A program made the position numbers and the translations under genes. The notes beneath the pieces are model-generated. The model saw only the letters and a list, made by a program, of their open reading frames with translations, was not told where the DNA came from and made no database searches. Below, piece by piece: positions 9,624-20,230 of a stretch of DNA of 64,000 nucleotides. This DNA is from Candidatus Marinacidobacterales bacterium. Lineage in GTDB: Bacteria; Acidobacteriota; Vicinamibacteria; Marinacidobacterales; SMYC01. Each line of letters opens with the position of its first letter. The first letter of the stretch is position 1. The stretch covers positions 1,216,001-1,280,000 of the forward strand of contig CBDCYI010000011.1 of assembly GCA_965224085.1 (NCBI GenBank), written 5' to 3'.

Positions 9624-10560
9624 GTGGAGCGAGCACCGCCACAGCTACTCGACCTCATTCCATCGTTGGCTCCGATGACCGACTATGAGCTCAGTCGCAA
9701 TCTGGTCGAGGGAACCCAACTGGCGGTGGCCAGCGGACTCACCACGCTTCACGATGCGGGCTCCGGGACGAGCTACGAGGACGTACAAAGGGAGCTTAAG
9801 CTCTACGAGGTGGGTCTCCTCCGCGTACGGATCAATCAGATGGTCAACGAGGAGGCGGCCAAAAAGCTCGGCAAGCCGCTCAACTACGAGAACAAATTCT
9901 TCGTTCAGTCGGTCAAGACGCTCTTGGACGGAGCCTTGGGCTCGAGGGGTGCTCATTTCCTCGAGGAGTACAGCGACTATCCGGAATTTCGCGGGGAGCC
10001 CAGACGATCGGAAGTCGAAACGACTCAATCGGCGGTTAATCTATTGAACATCGGCTTCAACATGAGAATCCATACCATTGGCGACGCGGCCAATCGGATT
10101 GCACTCAATGCCTTCGAAAAAGCTCTGAAGGAGACCGGGACCGACGGCAAGGATGCCAGGTTCGCTCTCGAGCATTGTCAGGTGCTGACTCCCGAAGACA
10201 TCCCTCGACTCGCCGAGCTCGGTGTGATCGCGTCGATGCAGCCGCTTCATGCAACCGAGGACATGCACTTCGCCGAAGCCCGGTTGGGACCGGCGCGTAT
10301 GGAAGGTGCCTATGTTTGGAAAACGCTGCTGGATTCCGGTGTCGTGGTCGCGACAGGAACGGACTATTCCGTCTCTCCCTACAATCCTTTTTATACGTTG
10401 CACGCCGCGGTGACCCGGCAGGACCGGGACAATAACCCTCCCGGTGGCTGGTTCCCCAAGGAGGCCATGAGCCGGGAAGAGGCGCTACGGGCCGCCACGA
10501 TGGCGGGCGCGTACGCGATGCACGCGGAAGGCGTCCTGGGGTCGATCGAGGTCGGGAGCT
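9624..10560 (+). pseudogene. Amidohydrolase 3 (YtcJ-like) internal fragment
   Basis: DGALGSRGA, IHTIGDAAN, LEHCQ, ASMQP, GTDYSV, GSIEVG; N-terminus missing and C-terminus cut. Confidence 0.8.
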
Positions 10561-10581
10561 GGCACGACGACGATCCCGGGG

Positions 10582-10758
10582 TTACGGCTTCTTTCGGCGT
10601 TTTGCCCAGGCGGCCGCCCCGATGCCGAGCGCGACGAGTGCGATCGTAGCTGGCTCGGGAATGCCTGGGCCGGGCAGGGGGCCGGGCTGGGCGAGAGCGA
10701 CGCCCGAAAGGCTCATCAACAGTGCCGCGATCGACGCTCGCTTCACGATTCTCTGCAT
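10582..10758 (-). CDS. Minimal PEP-CTERM protein (58 aa)
   Basis: Signal peptide ending ALA, then QPGPLPGPG, IPEPAT, a TM helix and KRRKKP. Confidence 0.8.
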   Translation of the reverse strand: MQRIVKRASIAALLMSLSGVALAQPGPLPGPGIPEPATIALVALGIGAAAWAKRRKKP

Positions 10759-11277
10759 GTCCGTCCATTCCCTTTCGTCCAAAATAGCAGTGCTTGGATG
10801 CAATTCGCGTACCTCCGAACGAAAGTGCTTTGATTTCTATTTTTTACAAGCCGTTCGGGATAATTAGGCGGTGCGAAAACTGTAATGTTTTTCGACAACA
10901 ATCGCGCCGGAGCAGTCAAGCAACCAGTGTACTTCTTGATACTTGCGGCCAAACTCCGTCTTCCGTAAGAGATTCCGACGCCTCGTACCACGACGATGGT
11001 GAATCGCCACGTGACGCCAGCACGGTCGGTCCTTTAGTGAAGCGCTGGCGACGTTTGGTCGCCGCGGCAAAATTGCCTCACTCGTTCAGGGTCGACGAAC
11101 AGTACGTAAGCCGCCGGCATCGCGAGGAATTGCCAGATCTGGAGCGTCAGCGCGATACCCAGATGAAAGAAGAATCCGGCCAGAAAGTACCACGGTTGGA
11201 AGCGTCGCATGTGGAGTCCGATCTTTAGCTTTAGCGAGGGCGGGAAAGAACCCTCCCGCCGGCTCCAGCCGAGCGGG

Positions 11278-12237
11278 CTAGAGCAGCGCTTGCAAGCGCG
11301 GAGAGAGCGTTGAATCGAGCTGGGCGAGTAGGGTGAAGGGTCGGCGGTAGCCGCCGAACGAGAAGTACTCGGTCAGTGAGCCGATCCGCACTTGCCGGCG
11401 TGTGAAGACCTGCTTGAAGTAAAGCTCGAGGGAGCCGCGGTTGGGCCAATGACCTTCGACTTCCAACTCCACGTCGCCGAAGTGCGCCTCGAGATCCTGA
11501 CGGATCTCGGGCAGGCGCTCTTCCACCGACCGTGCGGTGACGCCGATCTTGTGCAGCTGGGCGCTGTCTGCGCGAACGCGAAGCAGGTACAGGCCCAGCG
11601 AGAACAGGCGCGCGAGCTGCGCGCGATAGAGCCGTACGTCCATCGCGTTTCGTTCGTCCCCGTCGCGGGCGACGTCCTCGAGTCGATCGAGCTTCCTGAG
11701 GGCCGCGCGTTCCTGCGCGCTGGCGAGCTCGCTCAACGTAAGGCGGTAGCGCGTGGCTCCGGCGATCTGCTCGCCCCATGCGGTGTGGCGGTGCGAGCCA
11801 ACCCCGTTCACCCAGCGTTCACCGCGGGGGACCTCTTCGATGAGCTGTGCGTCGACGAGGCGCGCGAGTGCCGAGCGACGCCAGCCCCGGAGCGAGGTGT
11901 GGTTGATCGGGCACCGAAGCAGTTGCGCGCACAGGCGCAGGTCGGCGCGACCGAGCGGCTCCAGGGTCGCGAAGTCGTCGTAGAGCGGAACGCGCGCCGA
12001 GGCCCGCTCGTGTGACTCGCGGCACGTGGCGCCGTCGTGCGCGAAGTGTGGCGCGAGGATGCGGCCCTTCTTGGCGATCAGCCCGGTGGAGCAGTACGGA
12101 CAAGCGAGCGCCGTTCGACCCCGTTCGACCACTTCGACGGCGATGAGCTCTCCGGCGGCATCAACACCGTGGTGCAGGAAGCGGCGCGGGACGTCCCGGC
12201 TACTGTGCCTAGCAGATCGAACCCTTGCTCTCGGCAT
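11278..12237 (-). CDS. CoiA-like Zn-finger plus GIY-YIG/T5orf172-type nuclease domain protein
   Basis: CPYC...HFAH...C at the N-terminus; LYLLRV...HKIGVTARSVEERL...LE at the C-terminus. Confidence 0.7.
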   Translation of the reverse strand: MPRARVRSARHSSRDVPRRFLHHGVDAAGELIAVEVVERGRTALACPYCSTGLIAKKGRILAPHFAHDGATCRESHERASARVPLYDDFATLEPLGRADLRLCAQLLRCPINHTSLRGWRRSALARLVDAQLIEEVPRGERWVNGVGSHRHTAWGEQIAGATRYRLTLSELASAQERAALRKLDRLEDVARDGDERNAMDVRLYRAQLARLFSLGLYLLRVRADSAQLHKIGVTARSVEERLPEIRQDLEAHFGDVELEVEGHWPNRGSLELYFKQVFTRRQVRIGSLTEYFSFGGYRRPFTLLAQLDSTLSPRLQALL

Positions 12238-12396
12238 AGTTCGAATACCCGTTCAAAAGACGCCGCTACCACCAGCGGCATTAGAACATAGTTCGTGATC
12301 CGCCCGCGCCTCGATGGTGCCCTGCATATCGTTTCGGATGATGCGTTGCCCGTTCCGTCTTTGCGGATCGGCGCCGAACCTCGTCGGCGGACTTCG

Positions 12397-13401
12397 CTAC
12401 TCCGGTTCGTCGCCCGCTGATGTCGTCGCGATTCTCTCGACGAGCGCGAGGTTCACTCGGTCTGATGAGGCCTCCCACATCCGGCGCGCAAGGCCCTCGA
12501 GCTGGTTGCGGTCGGGGCGGGTGATCGATACGCCAGCCGCCACCAGCGCCTCCAATGCGGATTCCTCCGCGCGACGATAGGCCTCGCGTTCCGCGGCCAC
12601 GGCCCTTTTGGCCGCGAGGCGAACCGCTTCCTGCTCTACGGCTGAGAGCGATTCGAAGACGCGCTCGCTCATGACCAGAGGCGCGACCAGATACATCCAG
12701 CCGATCTCGGCCCAGTGCGGCGCCACCTCGTAGAAGCGTTTCGAAACATAGTTGGAGCGTGCCGCCTCGGCGCCGTCGATGACCCCTTGCTCCAGTGCGG
12801 TGTAGACCTCGCCGTAGGCCATGGGCAGCGGGCTCGCTCCAAAGGTTTCGAAAGCTCGGAGGTGCAGAGGATTCTCCATCGTTCGAATCTTGAGGCCGGT
12901 CATGTCCTGGACCGCATCGACTTGGCGGTCTCTCGTCATGAGATGTCGCAAGCCCACGTCGAAGTACCCGAGTAGGCGAAGTCCCTTCGCGCGCAGCGGC
13001 TCACCGAAGCTCTCTCCGATGGGACCGTCCAGAACGCGGTACATGTGCTCGCGGTCACGAAACAGATAGGGAAGGTCGAAGACGAGGAGCTCCGGAGCGA
13101 ACGTGGCCAGGGGTGCGTTCGACGGACAGGCGAGCTCGACCGCGCCGACAATTGTGAGCTCGATGACCTCGCGCTCGCTTCCGAGAGCGCTATTGGGGTA
13201 GACGTCGACGACGATGCGCCCGTTGGTTGCCCTCGCGAGCTCTTCGCCGAAGACTTCAAGACCCAGCACGGTCGGCTCGTTCGGCGCGCTGGAGGAGCTC
13301 GCCTTCAGGACGAGGACCGAATCCCGCTCGGACCCGCAGCCCGCTCCCGCGAGGCAGACCGCGACCAAGAGGGCCAAGAAGGAATGACCTCGACGCGTCA
13401 T
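12397..13401 (-). CDS. dctP: TRAP transporter substrate-binding lipoprotein
   Basis: Lipobox LAGAGC; VYPNSALG, GLKIRTM, PMAYGEVYTALEQGVIDG. Confidence 0.92.
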   Translation of the reverse strand: MTRRGHSFLALLVAVCLAGAGCGSERDSVLVLKASSSSAPNEPTVLGLEVFGEELARATNGRIVVDVYPNSALGSEREVIELTIVGAVELACPSNAPLATFAPELLVFDLPYLFRDREHMYRVLDGPIGESFGEPLRAKGLRLLGYFDVGLRHLMTRDRQVDAVQDMTGLKIRTMENPLHLRAFETFGASPLPMAYGEVYTALEQGVIDGAEAARSNYVSKRFYEVAPHWAEIGWMYLVAPLVMSERVFESLSAVEQEAVRLAAKRAVAAEREAYRRAEESALEALVAAGVSITRPDRNQLEGLARRMWEASSDRVNLALVERIATTSAGDEPE

Positions 13402-14669
13402 AAGAGCCCGAACCAGCGGGGAAGTATGGTGACCGTCTCCGGGACGAGGGTGATCAACACTTGGACGGCGATCATGGCGGCGATCGGCCGAACCGTCCAG
13501 CCCGCGACGTCACTCACGCTCTGACCCGCGATCGAGCAGGCGACAAAGAGCGTCGCTCCGTAAGGCGGCGTCACCATGCCGATACACAGGTTGACGGCGG
13601 CCAACACTCCGAAGTGCACCGGGTCGACGCCGAATTGGATCGCGAGGGGGAACAGGATGGGCATGATCACGATGATCGCGGAGATGCTCTCCATAAACGT
13701 GCCGACGACGATCAGGACGATGTTCGCCGCCAGGAGAAACGAGAGCTGGCTACCCATCGAGGATGACAACGCCTCTCCCAGCCGATCGGGCACGCGCCCC
13801 ACCGCGATGATCCACGCCAGCAAGAAAGCGGTGGTGGCGACGAACATCACCACCGAAGAGCGCAGCGCCGCGGTGACCAGCAGTCGCTCGAGGTCTTTCA
13901 GTTTCAGCTCGCGATAAACGATGAGCCCGACGACTAGGCCGTAGGCGACGGCGATCCCCGCGGCCTCCGTGGCGGTGAAGACGCCTGCGAGGATACCCCC
14001 GAGCACGAGGACCGGCATGCCGATAGCGGGGAGCGCCTGCCAGAGCGCGGCCGCAAAGGAAGTCTCCTCGAGGACTTCCGTTCGCAGCTTGCGCTCGTAC
14101 CGCCGCGCTTGGTCTAAGCTCGACGCGACGAGGGCGCCGGCGATGAGAACGCCCGGCAGCATCCCGCCAATGAAAAGCGCGGCGATGGACGTCTCTGTGA
14201 CGTAGCCCATGACTATCATGATGATGCTCGGCGGAATGATGGTGCCGATCGCCCCGCCGGCGGCTTGAAGCGCCGCCGCGAAACCGATGGGATAGCCGCG
14301 CTCTCTCATGGCCGGGATCATCATGGAGCCAACGGCTGCGGTGCTGGCGCTGGAGCTTCCCGAGATCCCGGCGAAGAACATTGACGACGTGATGGAGACG
14401 ACGGGGAGTCCGCCCCGCAGACGCCCCACGATCGCGATGGCCCGGCTCGAGATCCCGCAAGCATTCATCAGCTCGCCCGCGAGAATGAAAAGCGGCACCG
14501 CCATCAGCGCCCAGGAGTCCAGGGCCGCGAAGGCTCTCTGCGCGATGACCTCGAGGGGTATCTGCCCGTTCACGAGCAAGGCGGCCGCGCCACTCAAGCC
14601 GATGCCGAAGGCGACCGGCACGCCCAGAGCGAGCAGGAGGACGAGGCTGATGAAAACGGCGGCAATCAT
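13398..14669 (-). CDS. dctM: TRAP transporter large permease
   Basis: LMAVPLFILAGELM, GISGSS, IIPPSI, VFTATEA, GVDPVHFG, TPPYG; ATGA overlap with dctQ. Confidence 0.92.
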   Translation of the reverse strand: MIAAVFISLVLLLALGVPVAFGIGLSGAAALLVNGQIPLEVIAQRAFAALDSWALMAVPLFILAGELMNACGISSRAIAIVGRLRGGLPVVSITSSMFFAGISGSSSASTAAVGSMMIPAMRERGYPIGFAAALQAAGGAIGTIIPPSIIMIVMGYVTETSIAALFIGGMLPGVLIAGALVASSLDQARRYERKLRTEVLEETSFAAALWQALPAIGMPVLVLGGILAGVFTATEAAGIAVAYGLVVGLIVYRELKLKDLERLLVTAALRSSVVMFVATTAFLLAWIIAVGRVPDRLGEALSSSMGSQLSFLLAANIVLIVVGTFMESISAIIVIMPILFPLAIQFGVDPVHFGVLAAVNLCIGMVTPPYGATLFVACSIAGQSVSDVAGWTVRPIAAMIAVQVLITLVPETVTILPRWFGLL

Positions 14670-15145
14670 CGACGCGTTGCTCCCGCCGCGGGGCTTTCGC
14701 GTCGCCGTTGTTCGACGAAGAGCGAAGCCGCGACCGTCGTGATCAAGAGCCCGCTCGTCGGGACGGCGAGATAGGGCCAAATCATCGAGATGCCGAGGGC
14801 CGGAGAGACTTGGAGAGCCGCGACCGGAAGCATCCGGAGTCCGAATACGGTGAGCAGCAAGCCAAAGAGTCCCACGAGAAGATGATTCAGCGATCGAATG
14901 AGTCGCTTTGGCGCGGGGGGGAGCCGAGGCGTCAAGTAGTCCACGGCAAGGTGCAGGCCTTTCCGAAGGCAGATGGGCGACGCCAGCAGAACGAGCCACA
15001 CTTGCAGATACCGCGCAAGCTCCTCCGTCCAGCTCGGCGGCCTGCCGAGCACGTATCGGGCCACCACCTGGTACACGACGAGGGCTGCGATGGTCGCCAG
15101 GAGGGCTGCTATGATCTTCTCGAGCTTTTTGAGCAGAGAGGTCAC
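14666..15145 (-). CDS. dctQ: TRAP transporter small permease
   Basis: QVVARY, WTEELARYL, HLAVD; about four TM helices. Confidence 0.9.
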   Translation of the reverse strand: MTSLLKKLEKIIAALLATIAALVVYQVVARYVLGRPPSWTEELARYLQVWLVLLASPICLRKGLHLAVDYLTPRLPPAPKRLIRSLNHLLVGLFGLLLTVFGLRMLPVAALQVSPALGISMIWPYLAVPTSGLLITTVAASLFVEQRRRESPAAGATRR

Positions 15146-16206
15146 CTCAGAGAGGCCTCCGGCTTCAGGGTGTCGATGAAGATTTCCCTGCCGGTGCGTG
15201 AGGACTCGTAGATCGCAGAGACGATGGCGAGGGAGGCCCGTGCGTCCTCTCCGATGAGTATGGGATCGCGATCGTCACGAACGGCGTCGGTCATGTCCTG
15301 AAGTTGAACGCGATGACGCGTCTGTGGGTACGCCCAGGGATCGTCGATGTCGGTGAGAGGCGAGGGTGGATCGACTTCTTCCTGAGGATAGTCCTTGACG
15401 TCCCAGAGAAGAATCTTGTCGTATTGCGCGTTCGCCACGACGCTCCCGTTCTCGCCGTGGATCTCGAGCCGCGATTTGAGGGCCGGGCGTACCGAGGTTG
15501 TACTCTCGATGACGCCCATCGCGCCGTTCTCGAAGCTCACGAGCGCCGCGGCGGTGTCCTCGACTTGGATCACGTGCCGCTTCGTCGCGACGCGACCCAT
15601 GACCGATTTCACCGGCCCCACGATCCATTGGAGTAGGTCGATGATATGGATGGACTGCGTCATCAGGCATCCGCCCCCCTCGAGCTCCCGTGTACCTCTC
15701 CACGCCGCGGAGGCGTAGTACGCAGCCGTCCGTGAGGACTTGTCGATGGCGTCCGCGAGATGGATCTTGCCCAAAGCACCCGAGGCGACGAGCTTCGTCA
15801 GCTTGGCCCCGACCGAGCCGAAACGCATCTGGAAAATGACTCCCAGCTTCGTGCCGTTCTCCCGACAGACACGGATCATATCGTCGGCCTTCGCCAGCGT
15901 GGTCTCGAGTGGCTTCTCGACCAGGACGTGCTTTCCGGCCTCCGAGGCCGCGATGACGATCTCTCTGTGGGAGCCGGTGGGCGTCAGCACGCAGATGACG
16001 TCGACGGCGTCGTTGTCGAGAAGGTCTCGATAGTCCGTGGCCCAGCGTTCCACGCCGTACTCATCGGCAAAGCGTTGGACGTTCTCCTCGTTTCGCGAGC
16101 AGACGGCTACGAGCTTCGCCTCGTCGACGAACGAGAGTTCCCTGGCGTGGAAGCCCCCGGCCATTCCCGTTCCTACCAGGCCAAAGCCGACGATTCCGTT
16201 TTTCAA
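15142..16206 (-). CDS. Gfo/Idh/MocA-family oxidoreductase
   Basis: GLVGTG, AGKHVLVEKP, GGGCLMTQSIHIID. Confidence 0.92.
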   Translation of the reverse strand: MKNGIVGFGLVGTGMAGGFHARELSFVDEAKLVAVCSRNEENVQRFADEYGVERWATDYRDLLDNDAVDVICVLTPTGSHREIVIAASEAGKHVLVEKPLETTLAKADDMIRVCRENGTKLGVIFQMRFGSVGAKLTKLVASGALGKIHLADAIDKSSRTAAYYASAAWRGTRELEGGGCLMTQSIHIIDLLQWIVGPVKSVMGRVATKRHVIQVEDTAAALVSFENGAMGVIESTTSVRPALKSRLEIHGENGSVVANAQYDKILLWDVKDYPQEEVDPPSPLTDIDDPWAYPQTRHRVQLQDMTDAVRDDRDPILIGEDARASLAIVSAIYESSRTGREIFIDTLKPEASLR

Positions 16207-16575
16207 CTCGCTCCTCCGGATTCGGGATGGTGAAGCTCGGGACTCGACGACCCGTCAGGAACGCGTCACCGAGCTCTTCGGAAACGCCGGGCCGCCATCT
16301 GAAAGAAGCGAGGCGGTACCGACGCATGCGACGGTGATTCGCCGCACATCGTATCACCGTCTTCATTTCCATTATTTGGTTGCCGCGCATCCGCTGAGCG
16401 TTACGGGTTTTCGCGGGAGCAATGGGAGCTCTCTCGGGCTCCAACACTGTGGGTGGTCGGCGCCGCTCTTCCGACTGTGATACACCGAGTTACGAACCAT
16501 GAGCCTTGAAAGGGCCCAGCCCCTTGGGCGCCGCGGAGGGCTCTGGAGAGCGCGCAACCGTAGGAGGACGTCGGC

Positions 16576-17010
16576 ATGAGTAGAACCGCCATAGCCTTGT
16601 TCGTCGGGATCTTGCTGGGAGCGGCCGGGGCGCGGCTGTACGTCCCGTCGTCGGAGGCCACTTCGGAGGAGCAGGCCGAGCCGGAGACTCCCGTGACGCT
16701 TCCCGACCTTCCCGAGCCGTACTATAAGGTGCTCTTCGAAAACGACGCCGTGCGCATCGTCGATCACCGGCTTGCACCAGGAGAGAGAGAACCCGAGCAT
16801 ACCCACGCGCCCATGGTGGGCTACTTCATACAGGGCGCCACCGTGATGGTTACCGAAGCCGACGGCTCCACCTCGGAGGTGACCCTCCCGACCGGCCGGT
16901 TCGGCGGGGCGGACAATCGCACGTGGTGGACGCATTCACTGGAGAACACGGGGGACACAGCCCTCCACTCCATCCTGGTCGAGTTCAAGAACGAGCAGCC
17001 GAGACGCTGA
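16576..17010 (+). CDS. Membrane-anchored cupin-domain protein
   Basis: RBS aggagg; N-terminal TM; VLFENDAVRI, EHTH, HSLENTG. Confidence 0.75.
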   Translation: MSRTAIALFVGILLGAAGARLYVPSSEATSEEQAEPETPVTLPDLPEPYYKVLFENDAVRIVDHRLAPGEREPEHTHAPMVGYFIQGATVMVTEADGSTSEVTLPTGRFGGADNRTWWTHSLENTGDTALHSILVEFKNEQPRR

Positions 17011-18479
17011 ACGGCTGCGACTCCGTCCGGATAATGGGATGGGGATAGGCGGGTTCGCTCGGCTCTCACCGGTTGATCAGTAGTCGAACATCTCTCCGTC
17101 CAACCTCGGTGTATGGACTGGCAGTCGACGCGCCGGCATGAGTTGCTCGAACGCGTATCCAAGGGCCAGCAACCGAGCTTCACTGAACGCCGGCCCAATA
17201 AAGCTGATAGCAACGGGCAACGCCGGATCGGAAGTAAATCCCGCAGGGACGATGAGGTCAGGCCAACCCGCGGCATTCGCAAGATGCGCGGCGCTCCCCC
17301 GACCAGATCCGGAGGATCGCGACGGACGCTCGGCCTCCTCGATGAGAGAAGATGGTCGCGTGCGGGTCGGTACGATAAAGGCGTACAGCTCCATGTCATG
17401 CAGGTACCACTGCAGACTGTCTCGCACGATCTTCCGGCCTTCGTTTAACGCCCGAGCGTACGGCACATCCTCGGTCGTTCCTGCTTCCAGCTCTCGCTGG
17501 TAAGACTCCAAACGATTGGGATTCGGCACCCAGCCCTCTGGCGTTTCTTCGGTTATCTTTTCCGTCAATTCAATGACATCGGCATGGGATTTTGGGAGAC
17601 CATTCGGAAGATTCTCGAGGTAGGCGGTAATCTGCTCTGGAAATTCCGGGTTGCGTATGCCGCGATACAACCCTCCGGCCAAGCCCGATAAGAAACGGGG
17701 AAACTCGACGTCCACAATCTCCGCGCCGTGATTACTCATTACCCGCGATAGCCGTCTCGATCACGGCATCGACACCGGGATCGCTTCCCATATAGTCTCG
17801 CAAAACACCCAGACGGGCCCCTTTCAAAGCACCCGGATCGAGCGCATCGGTGTACGTGTCGAGAACGTGATCGACAAGCACTTCGGTGGCCGAATCGCGC
17901 GGGTCCCTTCCCGCCATGACCTCGAGCACAACGGCAAGGTCGGCGACATTGCGCGCCATGGGTCCAACCGTATCGAGGGAGAGTGAGAGGGGGATAATGC
18001 TGCCACGACCGGTGAGGCCGAATGTCGGCTTGAGGCCGGCAATCCCATTGGCTGCGGAAGGCCCACGAATCGATCCGCCCGTGTCCGTGCCCACTCCGAA
18101 TACGGCAAATCCCGCCGCAATGCCGGCACCCGTTCCGCCGCTGGACCCGCTTGGCGAGCGTTCGGGATCATGCGGATTGCGAATTTGACCGCCCAGTGTG
18201 CTGATCGCCGCACCGCTGGCAAACTCGCTCATGTTGGCCTTACCGATGATGATACAACCCGCTTCCCGCAAACGCCGCGCCTGCTCCGCGTCTTGTTCGG
18301 GTTGGTAGTCGCGCAGTGCGTAGAATCCCGCCGTGGTGGGAAGATCTTTCGTTTCTACATTGTCCTTCAAGAGTACCGGAATACCATGTAGCAGTCCTCG
18401 GGGGCCATGCTCCAAGCGTTCCTTGTCGAGGAGTCGCGCTTCGGCCAAGGCTTCCGGATTCAGGGTGATGATTGCGTTC

Positions 18480-18925
18480 GGGGCTTATATACATGACTAG
18501 ACAAGCCCCTATTTGGATTCACGAATCAGAAAAAAGCCCTCATAGATGAGCAAGGAGACCGCAAACGGCACCATAACCAGCCACAAGGTCCCGCTCTCCA
18601 GTCCACTGCCCGCCATCTTCGCCAAGTAATTGTAGGCGTATAAATGAACCAGCGCCCCCACCAGGACCGTCACCACGAGCCGAGGCCATTCGGTTTCGCC
18701 CCGCATCGAACCGAGGATTTTCTCGATGAAAACGAGTACGAGGGCGACGACTGCGAAAGGGTCGATCCAATCGAATATGGGCTTGGCCGCAGCGGGATTG
18801 ACGGCGTAGAAGAAGTTGTTGAGCGTCAAAACGAAAGCTACGGCGAGCATGAAGCATCCTTTTAGTGACCGCATATTTCATCTTCTCCTATTCTTCTGTC
18901 GTGTCTAGTCATGGATATAAGCCCC
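18480..18925. mobile_element. Non-autonomous mobile insertion cassette (24-bp TIRs, 8-bp TSD, one passenger gene)
   Basis: TIRs ggggcttatatacatgactagaca (18480-18503) and tgtctagtcatggatataagcccc (18902-18925), 23/24 matching; TTGCGTTC duplicated at 18472-18479 and 18926-18933. Confidence 0.93.
18509..18874 (-). CDS. Hypothetical small membrane protein (about 4 TM), cassette passenger
   Basis: 121 aa with four hydrophobic stretches; RBS aggag 10 nt upstream; fills almost all the space between the TIRs. Confidence 0.8.
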   Translation of the reverse strand: MRSLKGCFMLAVAFVLTLNNFFYAVNPAAAKPIFDWIDPFAVVALVLVFIEKILGSMRGETEWPRLVVTVLVGALVHLYAYNYLAKMAGSGLESGTLWLVMVPFAVSLLIYEGFFLIRESK

Positions 18926-19591
18926 TTGCGTTCAGTGCCGGTCCTTCTTCTTCGTAGGCTTCGATTCGAGCAAGAACGAGCTCCGTGAGCCGCTCGCTGG
19001 TAAGCGAACCTGCGGTCATGGCCTCCTGAATCTCGAAGATGGTGGCAGAGGTGAGATCGAATTCGGCGGCCTTGGCCGGGCTCGCTATCGACGGGACAAA
19101 GGCTGCTAGCACCATCCCGGCGGACGCATTGAATCTGAGCGCTCTACAAATTGTCATCAAGTCGACCTGTACCTGTTTCAAATGGAGACCGGGGAGCAAT
19201 TCCTGTCATTTTTTCCGAAGCGTAACACAGCGCAGCGGAGCAGCACACGAGAGGGAGATCGCCCTCGGGCTGGCTAAGCTAACCTGGACGCTGCCAATCA
19301 GACCGAGGTCTCGCATGGTGGATTTCTGTCGCTCGGGCTGGTTGGTCAGGAGAACTTCCCGAGTTGACGAGCCCGAACGACGGAATCCTCTGGGTTCAAA
19401 GCGAGTGTTGGCGCAGCGCCTCACATCCACGCCGTCGTTTCCAGGGACCGAATCGGGTTTCGCCGGCGTCCGCTGCACAGCGTCTCCCAAGGCAGCCGCC
19501 AGTATGAGAGAACTGCTGATTGGCGAAGCGAGCACTAAGCCGTGGTGCTGTCGCCGCGAGACAGCTGGCGGAAGCGGGCCACGCGTGCACT

Positions 19592-20230
19592 TCAAGAGGC
19601 CGCCGAGAGGCTCGCAAGCAACACGCGCGAGTTGGCGGACGAGGAATCCCGTGCGGGCGGTTCACGTCGAAATCGTTCAGCTGGCCAAGCTCCGAAAGCT
19701 CCTCGTGGGACAAACGACGAGACATCTCTTTGAACGAACGGCTCGACGCGCGCACTCCCGACTTCGAGAAGCACGAACGGTCTCAGGAGCCCGCGCAGGT
19801 CATCCGCCTGTCGTGGTGGGTAAACGACGCGGACATCCGCGGATCGCCAAGTCGGATCGGCGGTTTCCACATTGAGTACCACCTCGGCTCCCGGTACGGA
19901 GAGATTCGAAACCAGCGCATCGAAGTAACTTTCTCTCTCTCGCGTCGCCGCTTCGCCCTCGCTCTTCCAGTTGCCGACCATGGGAACTGCATCCACTCGA
20001 CCGGGTTCGATCTTGAGATCCAGGTCCTCGGAAAACCGCCCGATGAGCGCAAAGCCTTTTGACAGTGACGTGCCTCCCTTCAGCCAGAGCTCGAATCCCG
20101 TGTCGAGAAGAGCCCAAAGGGTGTGCGTAACCCAGTAATCCTTTTCGACGAGGGCAAGGGAAAGGCTACGCTTGTCAGCAACGATACGGACGAGGGCGTC
20201 AAAATCGGGATCCTCGTGTACGAAGCTCAC
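19592..20230 (-). pseudogene. abiEii: AbiEii-type nucleotidyltransferase toxin, C-terminally degraded
   Basis: VEKDYWV, KGGTSLSK, RFSEDLDL motifs; frame degenerates after about 19700. Confidence 0.8.

Larger units (their letters stand above)
17077..19157 (-). pseudogene. Amidase (amidase-signature family) split by a mobile cassette, plus a frameshift near 17740
   Basis: ...GPALNA (18926) continues as NAIITLNPEALAEA (18479); LKDN, GKANMSE, GSSGG, GTDTGGSIR. Confidence 0.9.

Noticed and set aside
17732-17745. Programmed frameshift in the amidase
   Set aside because: The gene is already inactivated by the cassette and there is no slippery site; likely decay or error.
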